DNA from: Candidatus Woykebacteria bacterium
Lineage (GTDB): Bacteria > Patescibacteriota > Microgenomatia > Woykebacterales > RBG-16-39-9b
Length of the DNA: 64,000 bases
Direction: 5' to 3'
Assembly (NCBI GenBank): GCA_040876265.1
Contig: JBBDPN010000001.1
Location: forward strand, 374,208-438,207
The notes under the pieces were generated by a model, which was not told the origin of the DNA, ran no database searches, and worked only from the letters and a program-made list of their open reading frames with translations. The position numbers were made by a program, and so were the translations under genes. This document shows, in pieces, positions 19,332-28,831 of this stretch. The stretch's first letter is position 1. Every line of letters starts with the position of its first letter.

Positions 19332-20697
19332 ATTACCGTCCTCTTTCCGCGACCCAAGCGGCTTTTTATTTGAAAAAGACGAGGAACTTTTCCGCCAAAT
19401 AAATGAGGGCTACAAAGATAGCTTTGAACTGCTGAATAGATCTGGCCTCTACAAGAGTCTGGTCGAAGAAGAATCCCTCATCCCTCACCGAGAAGTCAAC
19501 AAAAACGAAGCTTTTAACTCTGACGCCTACAAAGTAATCCAACCGGAGAAAGTGCCTTTTGTCTCTTACCCTTACGAATGGAGTTTTAGCCAACTAAAGG
19601 ACGCTGCACTTAAAACCTTGGAGATCCAAAAAACTGCGCTTGAATACGACATGATCTTAAAGGATGCCACTGCATTTAATATCCAATTTCTAAAGGGCAA
19701 ACCTATATTAATTGATACCCTATCCTTTGATACATTTGACGAGAAGCCCTGGGTAGCTTACAAACAATTTTGCCAGCACTTCCTAGCACCGTTGGCTCTT
19801 GCGGCTTACGTTGATATAAATCTGATGAAGCTCACTGAGATTTTTATTGATGGCGTACCTTTGGATCTCACTTCAAAACTTTTGCCGATGAGAACCAAAA
19901 TTAAACCCTCGCTGCTAATACATCTTCATCTTCACGCCTCTAGTCAAAAAAGATACGCCGACAAAGGTATAAAAAAACAAGAAGCAAGAACTAAGTTTTC
20001 TAAGAGATCCATGCTTGGGATAATTGATAGTCTTGAGGGTGCAATAAAAGGATTGAAGTGGAAACCAAGGAACACCGAGTGGGCCGATTATTATGAGGGT
20101 AAGTTAAACTATCTACCGGCTTCCTTACGAAACAAAGCAAATTTGGTCGAAGAATTTCTAACAGTCGCAAAACCACAAAACGTTTGGGACTTGGGCGCTA
20201 ACACCGGACTTTTTAGCCGAATAGCCGCCGATAAAGGAATTTTTACCGTATCCTCGGACATAGACCCAGCCGCAGTTGAAATGAATTTTAAAACAGTAAA
20301 AGAGAAAGGTGAGAAAAATATCCTGCCCCTTTGGATAGATCTAACCAATCCAAGCCCAAATCTTGGTTGGCAAAATAAAGAGCGTGACTCATTTTTGGAA
20401 AGAGGCCCAGCTGATACTATTCTTGCCCTAGCCTTGGTACATCACTTAGCAATATCCAACAACTTACCTTTCGAAAAATTAGCACCGTTTTTCAGAAAAC
20501 TTTGCAAATCGTTAATTATAGAATTTGTACCAAAGGAAGACAGCCAAGTTCAGAAATTACTGGCCAGTCGCGAAGATATATTTCCAGATTACAAAAAAGA
20601 GAAATTTGAAGAGGAATTTCGTAATTATTTCACAATTAAAAAAACCGCTGCTATCAAGGATAGTAAACGAACACTTTATCTGATGTTAAATAAGTAA
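19318..20697 (+). CDS. NoeA-like protein: N-terminal kinase-like domain + C-terminal class I SAM methyltransferase
   Basis: SFRDPSG, LKDATAFNIQF/ILIDTLSF, VWDLGANTG, ALALVHHL. Confidence 0.75.
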   Translation: MPKSRLPSSFRDPSGFLFEKDEELFRQINEGYKDSFELLNRSGLYKSLVEEESLIPHREVNKNEAFNSDAYKVIQPEKVPFVSYPYEWSFSQLKDAALKTLEIQKTALEYDMILKDATAFNIQFLKGKPILIDTLSFDTFDEKPWVAYKQFCQHFLAPLALAAYVDINLMKLTEIFIDGVPLDLTSKLLPMRTKIKPSLLIHLHLHASSQKRYADKGIKKQEARTKFSKRSMLGIIDSLEGAIKGLKWKPRNTEWADYYEGKLNYLPASLRNKANLVEEFLTVAKPQNVWDLGANTGLFSRIAADKGIFTVSSDIDPAAVEMNFKTVKEKGEKNILPLWIDLTNPSPNLGWQNKERDSFLERGPADTILALALVHHLAISNNLPFEKLAPFFRKLCKSLIIEFVPKEDSQVQKLLASREDIFPDYKKEKFEEEFRNYFTIKKTAAIKDSKRTLYLMLNK

Positions 20698-20698
20698 T

Positions 20699-22249
20699 AT
20701 GGCAAAAAAGAAGCAGCAAAAATCCCTTGTCCCTATAAAAATCGACTTCTCTTATCCCTACTACTTCCTTTTGTTGGCTGTTTACCCAATAATTTTTTTA
20801 TACACAAATAATCTTGAGGAAGTTTATCTTGAGCAGATTTTACCTCCGCTAGTTCTATCTTTAACTGTTTCAGTTTTTACATTCCTAATACTGGTCTTCT
20901 TCCTAAAGAGCCGACAAAAAGCAGCCTTGATTACATCGTTGTTATTCGTCGTTTTTTTCAGTTACGGTCATGTATTTTCAATTGTAGATGGGCTCAAAAT
21001 TCTAGGTCTTCAGGTGGGGAGGAATAAATTTTTACTACCACTTTCCTTAACCCTAATAATTGTTGTTTCTCTTTTTATATTAAGGACAAAAGTAAAGCTG
21101 GAAAATATCACCAAAGGTTTGAACGTGGCCCTGGTAGCCCTTCTACTTTTGGCTGCACTTAACTTCATCTTATTTTCACTAGAAAACGGGGTGAGGATAA
21201 AAGAGGAACAGGATGCCAACCAACCTTTCTCCAGTACCAAAAATGGTAAAGATAAACCAGATATCTATTACATAATTCTAGATGGTTACACCCGAGCTGA
21301 TATTCTCCAAACGGTCCATAAGTTTGATAACAGCGAATTTATAGACTTTTTAAAAAACAAAGGTTTCTACGTCGTCGATAAAAGTCGCAGCAACTATTCT
21401 TTGAGTCTACTTTCACTTTCTTCCTCCTTGAATATGCGTTACCTAGATGATTTAGCCCAAAAAGATATTTCCGAAACCAAAAAGCGAGATCTTGGAATTG
21501 AAATGATCCGACATAACAAAGTCGCGAAGTTGCTACGCTCGAAAGGGTATAAAATTATCAATATTGGAACTGGGTGGGGAGCCACGGATAAAAATCCTTA
21601 CGCTGACAGCGTCCATCATTACCGACAAAGAAGTGAGTTTACGAAAATTATTTTCCAAACCACCATGTTGGTTGCCCTTGAGAGATTTCAGCTGGGAGAT
21701 GCGGACTCAATCTTATTTGCTTTTGAAAAACTTAAACAGATTACAGAAGATGAGGAACCAACTTTTACATTTGCCCACATAGTTTCGCCCCACCCACCAT
21801 ATTTATTTGATCGCAGCGGTAGAAAATTAAAAAACTATTCAAAAAGTTTCAACGAGGCTGGGTCCTGGGAACAGAGGGATAAATACATAGATCAGCTTAT
21901 ATTTATAAATAAAAAAACGATAGACGTAGTTGAAACAATATTGACTAAATCAACATTTGATCCGATCATAATCATTCAAGGCGATCATGGAACCGGATCC
22001 TTGGGATCTACCGACCTTGAGAAGGTAAGTTTAGATAAATTAAATGAACGTATAAGCAATCTAAACGTATATTATTTTCCAAACGGAGGGGACAAAACAC
22101 TTTACGAAACTATCACCCCGGTAAATTCCTTTAGAAAAATGTTTAATTTTTATTTTGATAGCCGCTATAAAATATTAGAGGATAAATCTTTTTATTCCCA
22201 GTATCGAAAATACTTTGAATTTCGGTTGGTACCAAAGAAAAGCTTATAA
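20699..22249 (+). CDS. Membrane-anchored alkaline-phosphatase-superfamily (LtaS/sulfatase-like) protein
   Basis: About 5 N-terminal TMs, PDIYYIILDGY, SNYSLS, HIVSPHPPY, QGDHG. Confidence 0.8.
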   Translation: MAKKKQQKSLVPIKIDFSYPYYFLLLAVYPIIFLYTNNLEEVYLEQILPPLVLSLTVSVFTFLILVFFLKSRQKAALITSLLFVVFFSYGHVFSIVDGLKILGLQVGRNKFLLPLSLTLIIVVSLFILRTKVKLENITKGLNVALVALLLLAALNFILFSLENGVRIKEEQDANQPFSSTKNGKDKPDIYYIILDGYTRADILQTVHKFDNSEFIDFLKNKGFYVVDKSRSNYSLSLLSLSSSLNMRYLDDLAQKDISETKKRDLGIEMIRHNKVAKLLRSKGYKIINIGTGWGATDKNPYADSVHHYRQRSEFTKIIFQTTMLVALERFQLGDADSILFAFEKLKQITEDEEPTFTFAHIVSPHPPYLFDRSGRKLKNYSKSFNEAGSWEQRDKYIDQLIFINKKTIDVVETILTKSTFDPIIIIQGDHGTGSLGSTDLEKVSLDKLNERISNLNVYYFPNGGDKTLYETITPVNSFRKMFNFYFDSRYKILEDKSFYSQYRKYFEFRLVPKKSL

Positions 22250-22251
22250 TC

Positions 22252-23805
22252 ATGATGAGGTTATTTAAAAAACATCCGATACACATATTATTTTTCTCGG
22301 TTTTCCCCGTTCTTTTTTTCTTTTCAAACAATATCAGGGAGACGACTCTAAGCAAAACAATGCTGCCTCTTTCGGTGACTTTTATTTCAGTGGGTATTTT
22401 ATTCTTTATATTTCGAAGAATAACAAAGAGCGTTCAAAAAGCTGGCATTATAGTTTCTATCTTCGTTTTTCTTTTCTTCTCTTTCGGCCATTTCACAAAT
22501 TTCCTGGTAGATATGTTTAATAACTTCGCTTTAAATTTTGAAGTATTAGTTATTTCGGTCTGGCTGTTACTTTTTACGGCGGCGACATATATTATCGTCA
22601 GATCCAAGGTAAATTTTTCTAGATTAACGCAAACTCTAAACGTTATTTCCCTAGCTCTTGTATCAATTTCTTTAATCAACATCGCCTATTACGAAATAAG
22701 ATCCGGTCGACTTTTTGCCTCTCAGAAACCTTCGGAGGTGGAAGAGCTTGCGAAAACTACAAAACCCCTGGAACCTCTACGTGATATCTATTACATTGTT
22801 CCCGATAGATACGCAAATCAAAATGCTCTAAAAGAGTATTACCAGTACGACAACTCAGAATTCATAAAATTCTTGGAAAGTAAGGATTTTTACGTAGCCG
22901 CAGACAGCTTCACCAACTACTCCAAGACTTTTACTTCACTTGCCTCTTCTTTAAACATGGAATATCTGGACTTTCTAACACAAGCTTACCCAGATACAGA
23001 CGATTGGTCGGTTGTTTACCCACTGATAGAAGAAAATAAAGTTCAGCGTTTTTTACAGAACCTAGGTTACAAATTTATTTACTTTGGCGATTGGTGGGAA
23101 CCAACAAGAGTCAACAGGTTTGCAGATCAAAACATCAACTATCATGGCACCGGTATCTTGGATGAGTTTACCAGTAAGCTGTTGGAGACTACTCTCGCTT
23201 ATCCTCTAATTCGAAACAATGAAGAATGGCTGGAAAAGGTGAGGAACGGCCACGAATTTAAATTTGAACAATTGGAAAAGGTCGCGGAGGAACCTGGGCC
23301 AAAGTTTGTTTTTGTCCACATGCTACTGCCCCATGATCCTTACGTATTCGATGAGGATTGTAACAAGGTCGAAGAGGAGATCGAGGTTGGCAGCAGAGAG
23401 GCTGAAAAAGCATATGTAAAACAACTAAAATGCACGAATAGTAAATTTGAGACACTCCTGGGTGATATACTGGCAAACTCGAACCCAGAACCAATTATAA
23501 TATTACAATCCGATGAAGGACCATTTCCGGCTGAATTTGGCGGTGTAAGAGGCGGAATTGATTGGACAGATTTGAGTAGAGAAGCATTGCGGTCCCACAT
23601 GCTTATTTTAAATGCCTATCACCTCCCTGAGTTTGAAAACAAAGAAAAACTTCTTCAGCCTTCTATATCCCCAGTAAACTCTTTTAGAATTGTTTTTAAC
23701 CATTATTTCAATACAAATCTTGAGATACTTCCTGACAAAAGCTTCATCTTCGCCCATATAGAAAGACCATACGATTTCATTGATGTGACCGGCAAGCTAA
23801 AGTAA
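22252..23805 (+). CDS. Second LtaS/sulfatase-like membrane protein (paralog)
   Basis: About 5 TMs, DIYYIVPDRY, TNYSKT, HMLLPHDPY, QSDEG. Confidence 0.8.
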   Translation: MMRLFKKHPIHILFFSVFPVLFFFSNNIRETTLSKTMLPLSVTFISVGILFFIFRRITKSVQKAGIIVSIFVFLFFSFGHFTNFLVDMFNNFALNFEVLVISVWLLLFTAATYIIVRSKVNFSRLTQTLNVISLALVSISLINIAYYEIRSGRLFASQKPSEVEELAKTTKPLEPLRDIYYIVPDRYANQNALKEYYQYDNSEFIKFLESKDFYVAADSFTNYSKTFTSLASSLNMEYLDFLTQAYPDTDDWSVVYPLIEENKVQRFLQNLGYKFIYFGDWWEPTRVNRFADQNINYHGTGILDEFTSKLLETTLAYPLIRNNEEWLEKVRNGHEFKFEQLEKVAEEPGPKFVFVHMLLPHDPYVFDEDCNKVEEEIEVGSREAEKAYVKQLKCTNSKFETLLGDILANSNPEPIIILQSDEGPFPAEFGGVRGGIDWTDLSREALRSHMLILNAYHLPEFENKEKLLQPSISPVNSFRIVFNHYFNTNLEILPDKSFIFAHIERPYDFIDVTGKLK

Positions 23806-23977
23806 TATAGCTAGGCATTAAGATACCTAGCGCAGGACGCGAGAGTACCTGAATAATCGATCAGCTGTGAAGATTATGAAGTTACTTAGCGGTCTATTTT
23901 ACAGTAACTGATTTTGCTAGGTTTCGAGGTTTTAGTGCATGAAATGCCCGCAAAACGCAGAATTTGGCATTCAATAA

Positions 23978-25735
23978 CTACTTTACAGTAACACTCTTTG
24001 CCAAATTCCGCGGTTTATCCGGATCATAACCTTTCTCAAGGGCTAAAAAGTACGCAAATAGTTGAGCGGGGACTACCATTGGTATAGCAGAGGCATCACC
24101 AACATCTTTAACCTCTACCCAATAGTCAAAAGCTTCCGATTTTTTAGGCCCAACACCAATGATCACCCCTCCGCGAGATTTGATTTCAATCGCATTGGAA
24201 ATAATTGCCTCGTATGTTTCGTCATCTGGAGCGTAAACCAAGCACGGCGTCCCGGCACTTACAAGAGCAATCGTACCGTGTTTTAACTCTCCACCAGCTA
24301 ACCCTTCGGTGTGAATATAGCTTACTTCTTTTATTTTCAAAGCTGATTCCAAAGCCGTTGGATAAGAAACCCCTCGGCCTATCGTATAAATATGCTCAGA
24401 CTTGGATAAAATTTTAACAATTTTTTTAATTTTCTCTATATTTTCACTTTTTAGCAACCTTTCAACCTCTTTAGCAGCGGCCAGCAAAAGCTTTTTTGCT
24501 TTTTCTACCCTACCAACCAAAGAATAACTGACCATCAGTAAAAAAGCGATTTTTGCTACGTAAGCTTTTGTGGAAGCCACACCAATTTCCGGGCCGGCTC
24601 CAAGGAGAACCTTGGTATCACCCATCCGATAAATAGTTGACCCTAAGCTATTTACCACTGAGGCTATTTTTGCACGCTTTTTCTTTGCTCGAGTCAAGGG
24701 CTCAACAACATCAATGGTTTCCCCACTTTGGGAAAGGGCGATTACCAGACTTTGCTTTGTCAAAAAATCTTCCAAGTAATTAAACTCGCTGGCCACAGCT
24801 GTATTTACGTGGCGATCCGCGATTTTGGAAAAAAGATAAGTACCAGCCAGACAGGCATGGAAGGCAGTACCTGAGGCTATAAAAAACGTACCCCTCGCCT
24901 GTTTTATCTCGGCAGCCAATTTTGAAGCAGGTTTTTCCAGACTTTCCGCGCTATATCTTACCACTCGCGATTGCTCATATATTTCTTTGATCATAAAATG
25001 AGGATATTTTCCGGCAGAAGATTGAGTATACTCCCACTCAAGTATTTGTGGGTCGGCCTTTACTTTTTTCAAGTTTTTTAGTGTATAAACCTCTATCCCC
25101 TGTTCGTCCATAAGAGCCGCTTGACCATCCTCAAGAAAGATTACTTTTTTTGTATGAGGCAGCAGTGCGGCCGGATCTGAAGAAAGAAAGTAGGCGCCTT
25201 TTCCCAGCCCCAAACAAATTGGCGAACCGTTTTTTACTACCACCACCTGACCGTCGAAAGAGAGAACAGCAATAGCATTCAAACCTTCTAGTTTTTTGAA
25301 CGCAGCCGCCACCGCCTCCAACAACTTTTTATTTTTCAACTCTTCTTCAACCAAGTGAGTAATGATCTCGGTATCAGTTTCGGACTTAATTTTGTGGGAT
25401 TTAGAAAGGCGATTTTTAATCTCCTGGAAATTCTCTACTATCCCATTGTGCACAAGTGCAATTTTTTTATCACAAGAAAGGTGAGGATGAGCGTTCTCAT
25501 CAGTTACCCCACCGTGAGTCGCCCACCTGGTATGACCTATTCCAAAACTTGATAGGGGTAGATGAGTGGTGGCCGTGCCTATTTTCCCGATATGTTTTTC
25601 AAAATCTATCCCTCGCCCATTTCCCACAGCGACGCCCCAAGAGTCATAACCTCTGTACTCCAAGGTTTTTAAGCCGTCCAGAATAGTCTGGGCCGCGCCA
25701 TTTTTATTACCAACAATTCCGAATATCCCACACAT
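23978..25735 (-). CDS. glmS: Glutamine-fructose-6-phosphate transaminase
   Basis: Start MCGIFG at 25735, LEYRGYDS, GHTRWATHG, SQSGET, PRNLAKSVTV. Confidence 0.97.
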   Translation of the reverse strand: MCGIFGIVGNKNGAAQTILDGLKTLEYRGYDSWGVAVGNGRGIDFEKHIGKIGTATTHLPLSSFGIGHTRWATHGGVTDENAHPHLSCDKKIALVHNGIVENFQEIKNRLSKSHKIKSETDTEIITHLVEEELKNKKLLEAVAAAFKKLEGLNAIAVLSFDGQVVVVKNGSPICLGLGKGAYFLSSDPAALLPHTKKVIFLEDGQAALMDEQGIEVYTLKNLKKVKADPQILEWEYTQSSAGKYPHFMIKEIYEQSRVVRYSAESLEKPASKLAAEIKQARGTFFIASGTAFHACLAGTYLFSKIADRHVNTAVASEFNYLEDFLTKQSLVIALSQSGETIDVVEPLTRAKKKRAKIASVVNSLGSTIYRMGDTKVLLGAGPEIGVASTKAYVAKIAFLLMVSYSLVGRVEKAKKLLLAAAKEVERLLKSENIEKIKKIVKILSKSEHIYTIGRGVSYPTALESALKIKEVSYIHTEGLAGGELKHGTIALVSAGTPCLVYAPDDETYEAIISNAIEIKSRGGVIIGVGPKKSEAFDYWVEVKDVGDASAIPMVVPAQLFAYFLALEKGYDPDKPRNLAKSVTVK

Positions 25736-25736
25736 T

Positions 25737-26732
25737 TTATTTTGTCGAAATATCAATGATGATCCTGGCCAACTTACCCGAGTCATGCCGCAGAAGAGTG
25801 CCACCTGTAGCTAGAGCTTTAGCAATCACATTTTTAACCAGTTTTTTAGTCGCCTCAATATCAGCTACCACAGGATAGGCTTTCTCCTTTTCGTATCTTT
25901 TAACAAGTTTTTCTGGAAGATTATTTTTATTAATAACCGCGTAATCCAGCTTTCCTTCCTCAAGGTACGTACGAATTTCTTTGATAAAGTCGCTGGCTTT
26001 AAAATTATCACTTTCGCCGTGCTTGGTCATCAAATTACATACATATACCTTTTTTGCTCTGGAGTAATTTATAGAATCTACCACACCATCTACTAGGAGA
26101 TTTGGAATAATGCTTGTGTACAGATCTCCGGGCCCAAGAACGATTACGTCGGCAGTTTCAATTTCCCGAAGTACCTCTGGGTATGCATACGCTTTAGGGT
26201 CAAGATAGACGTAATCGATTTTTACTTCTGGCTTTTCTTTACGAACATCAATGTTTGCCTCGCCGACTATCTCACTACCATCTTCTAGTCTGGCCACCAG
26301 ATTCGAATGTGTCAAAGTCACTGGATACACCTTACCGCGAATTCCAAGTATCCTTCCGGCTTCAATGATGGCTTTGTCAATACCTCCCGTAATTTCGGTT
26401 AGAGCGGTAATAAACAAATTACCAAATGAATGCCCCTCCAACCCTCCCCCCTTGGCAAATCGATAATTAAAAAGTTGCCGCAGCGTCAGTGAGGATCGAT
26501 CATCTGGAGAAAGAGCAACCAGCGCCTGCCGTAAATCACCTGGGGGGAGGTGGCCAAACTCATCACGAAGTCGGCCTGAGCTACCACCCGAATCTACAGT
26601 AGTCACAATGGCTACAATATTATTGTTATAACGGCGAAGCCCTCTAAGAAGATTGAATATTCCGGTGCCACCACCAAAAATCACAATTTTTGGCTGGGGG
26701 CGACCATTACCTTGCCTGCTTTCCCGCTTCAT
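25737..26732 (-). CDS. yvcK: YvcK/GlmR (CofD-like) protein
   Basis: GGGTG, DSGGSSGRLR, PPGDLR, GHSFGNL, GPGDLYTSIIPNL. Confidence 0.92.
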   Translation of the reverse strand: MKRESRQGNGRPQPKIVIFGGGTGIFNLLRGLRRYNNNIVAIVTTVDSGGSSGRLRDEFGHLPPGDLRQALVALSPDDRSSLTLRQLFNYRFAKGGGLEGHSFGNLFITALTEITGGIDKAIIEAGRILGIRGKVYPVTLTHSNLVARLEDGSEIVGEANIDVRKEKPEVKIDYVYLDPKAYAYPEVLREIETADVIVLGPGDLYTSIIPNLLVDGVVDSINYSRAKKVYVCNLMTKHGESDNFKASDFIKEIRTYLEEGKLDYAVINKNNLPEKLVKRYEKEKAYPVVADIEATKKLVKNVIAKALATGGTLLRHDSGKLARIIIDISTK

Positions 26733-26819
26733 AGTGTTTAAGGCGAGCAGATAATAGGCAAATTCTAGCAAACAGGTGAGATAATATCAAGTAAAGCTAG
26801 CAAGCAAACGGTTTTGTTC

Positions 26820-27737
26820 CTAAGACAAAGTCTTAAAAAATTCAACGGTTCTTGTTAAACCTTGCTCGAAAGAAACTTTTGCTTTCCAACCTAGTTCTTG
26901 ATGAATTTTATTGTTACTTGTATAGAGACTAGGAACGTCTCCTTTCCTTTCCCCCAGATCGTCAATTGGGACCCTGTAACCAATTATTTTAAAAATCTTC
27001 TCAACCAAATCTATGATCTTTGTCCCGCTACCCGTCCCAACATTGTAAACGTGGTATCCCTCTACTTCAAGGGCAGCTAAGTGAGCGCTGGCCAAATCTT
27101 CAACGTAAATAAAGTCTCTTATCTGTTCTCCTTTCCAGTAGAGTGGGATCGGTTTTTCCGCCAGGGTGGATTTAATAAAATTTGGTACGGCGTGAGTTTC
27201 TGGATCGTGTAACTCATTTGGACCGTAAGGGTTAAAATAGCGCAAAATAACGGCGTTTAACCCAGATTCTTCTTGCTCCTTCATAATTAGTTTTTCCATC
27301 TCTATCTTTGTCTCACCGTAAGGATTAGTTGCTTTTTTTACTGGCGATTCTTCGGTAAGAGGAAGTTTATCCGGATCTCCGTAAACTGTTGCCGAAGATG
27401 AAAAAACGAGTTTTTTCACCCCCGCCTCCTTCATTGCCTCCAATAAAACCTCGCTCCCCTTTACGTTATTTTGGTGGTAGAGATCTGGTTTTTCGACGCT
27501 TTCGGGAACAACAATAAAGGCAGCCATGTGGATGACAGTGTCTACATTTCCCAGCGCCTGCGCCAATTTATCTTTTTCTAAGACGGAGCCATGAATAAAG
27601 ACCGCGCGTGGATCCACTAATTTCTTAAACCCACGGCTTAAGTTGTCATAGACGACAGTTTCATAACCCTTATCAAGCAGCTGTTTTGTAACGTGGGAAC
27701 CGATGAACCCGGCCCCACCAGTAACGAGAATTTTCAT
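26820..27737 (-). CDS. galE: UDP-glucose 4-epimerase-like SDR
   Basis: TGGAGFIGSH, VPESV, FSSSATVYG, YGETK, LRYFN, RDFIYVEDLA. Confidence 0.85.
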   Translation of the reverse strand: MKILVTGGAGFIGSHVTKQLLDKGYETVVYDNLSRGFKKLVDPRAVFIHGSVLEKDKLAQALGNVDTVIHMAAFIVVPESVEKPDLYHQNNVKGSEVLLEAMKEAGVKKLVFSSSATVYGDPDKLPLTEESPVKKATNPYGETKIEMEKLIMKEQEESGLNAVILRYFNPYGPNELHDPETHAVPNFIKSTLAEKPIPLYWKGEQIRDFIYVEDLASAHLAALEVEGYHVYNVGTGSGTKIIDLVEKIFKIIGYRVPIDDLGERKGDVPSLYTSNNKIHQELGWKAKVSFEQGLTRTVEFFKTLS

Positions 27738-27746
27738 AAGGAAAGA

Positions 27747-28562
27747 CTATGTTGAAGTTGCTCCCGTCTCCTCGAGCACTTCTCTTTTGGACGAAGCCCT
27801 CAATGCTTTTTTATCAATTCCACCAAAACCTTGTTCAAAGCGAAGTTTCAGGGAGTTCCACATGAACTCGGCTATGTCGCTAGGACCAAGTTTGGTATGA
27901 CCCCAAACTCTCTCTTTGAAATTGATCGGTACCTCTTTTATTTTTGCTCCGGTTACGTAAGCCTTATAAAGTAAATTCATTTGGAAAGAATACCCCCTCA
28001 CCTTTAGTTTGTTTAAATCAATCCTCTCCAAAATCTCTCGTTTAATAGCTCTAAACCCGCTGGTGCAATCGGCCACGTCATCTATCCCAGCCAAGTAACG
28101 GGCAAAACGATTTCCCCACCTGCTATTTATTTTACGAAAAATGTTCCAATTTTTGGGCACCTTACCGCCCCGCACATACCGGCTGCCTATAACAAAGTCG
28201 GAGCCCTTTTCGATCTCAGCCAGCAATTTTGGTAGCTCTAGCGGGTCGTGAGAAAAGTCTGCATCCATTTGGATAATTACATCTGGTTTTAGTTTGTTTA
28301 GGGTAAATTCAAACCCTCTGATATAAGCTGCGCCCAATCCTTCTTTTTTACCCACCAACAACTGAACCTTACTCTTTCCTCGATTGCCCAATTGCCCGAT
28401 AGTTTTTTTAACTACAAGCGCTGTTCCATCCGGACTACTATCATCTACCACGATAATACGTAATTTGTGAGGAGTTTTTTCGAACAGATCAAGTATTTGT
28501 GAAATTAGAGGCCCAATATTTCCGCGTTCTTTATAGGTAGGAATAACGATTGAAACCAGCAC
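27747..28562 (-). CDS. Polyprenol-phosphate mannosyltransferase-like GT2 (DPM1/Ppm1-like)
   Basis: SIVIPTYKE, VDDSSPDGT, GLGAAY, QMDADFSHDP, DCTSGFRA; GTG at 28562 preferred. Confidence 0.9.
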   Translation of the reverse strand: MLVSIVIPTYKERGNIGPLISQILDLFEKTPHKLRIIVVDDSSPDGTALVVKKTIGQLGNRGKSKVQLLVGKKEGLGAAYIRGFEFTLNKLKPDVIIQMDADFSHDPLELPKLLAEIEKGSDFVIGSRYVRGGKVPKNWNIFRKINSRWGNRFARYLAGIDDVADCTSGFRAIKREILERIDLNKLKVRGYSFQMNLLYKAYVTGAKIKEVPINFKERVWGHTKLGPSDIAEFMWNSLKLRFEQGFGGIDKKALRASSKREVLEETGATST

Positions 28563-28677
28563 AAGAGGATAATACTCTGGAGTAAATTTTTTGTCAAAAA
28601 CTTTTTGGAAAAATATACCTACAGTCTTTTGTCCACAAATGCCTTGGGGCGTATTTTGTCGTTTCACTCCAAAAAAT

Positions 28678-28702
28678 AACCCCGGCCAAAAAGGTCGGGG
28701 TT
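28678..28702. repeat. Intergenic hairpin AACCCCGGCC-N5-GGTCGGGGTT
   Basis: 10-bp inverted repeat with one G-T pair, between the divergent GT2 and secA genes. Confidence 0.55.
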
Positions 28703-28831
28703 TGGGTAACACCCGCCAAAGATATTAACAGCAAAAAAATTTGTGTCAACCCCCAAAACCGGTCTCTAGTTTCTAGTCACTAGGAACTAGTGGTGGATTA
28801 TTTAGCCTCAAAATGGTAAACTAGCTTCTCT

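Noticed and set aside
23806-23977. AGCGCAGGAC near glmS resembling the start of a glmS ribozyme
   Set aside because: It lies downstream of glmS on the opposite strand and lacks the GACGAGG core
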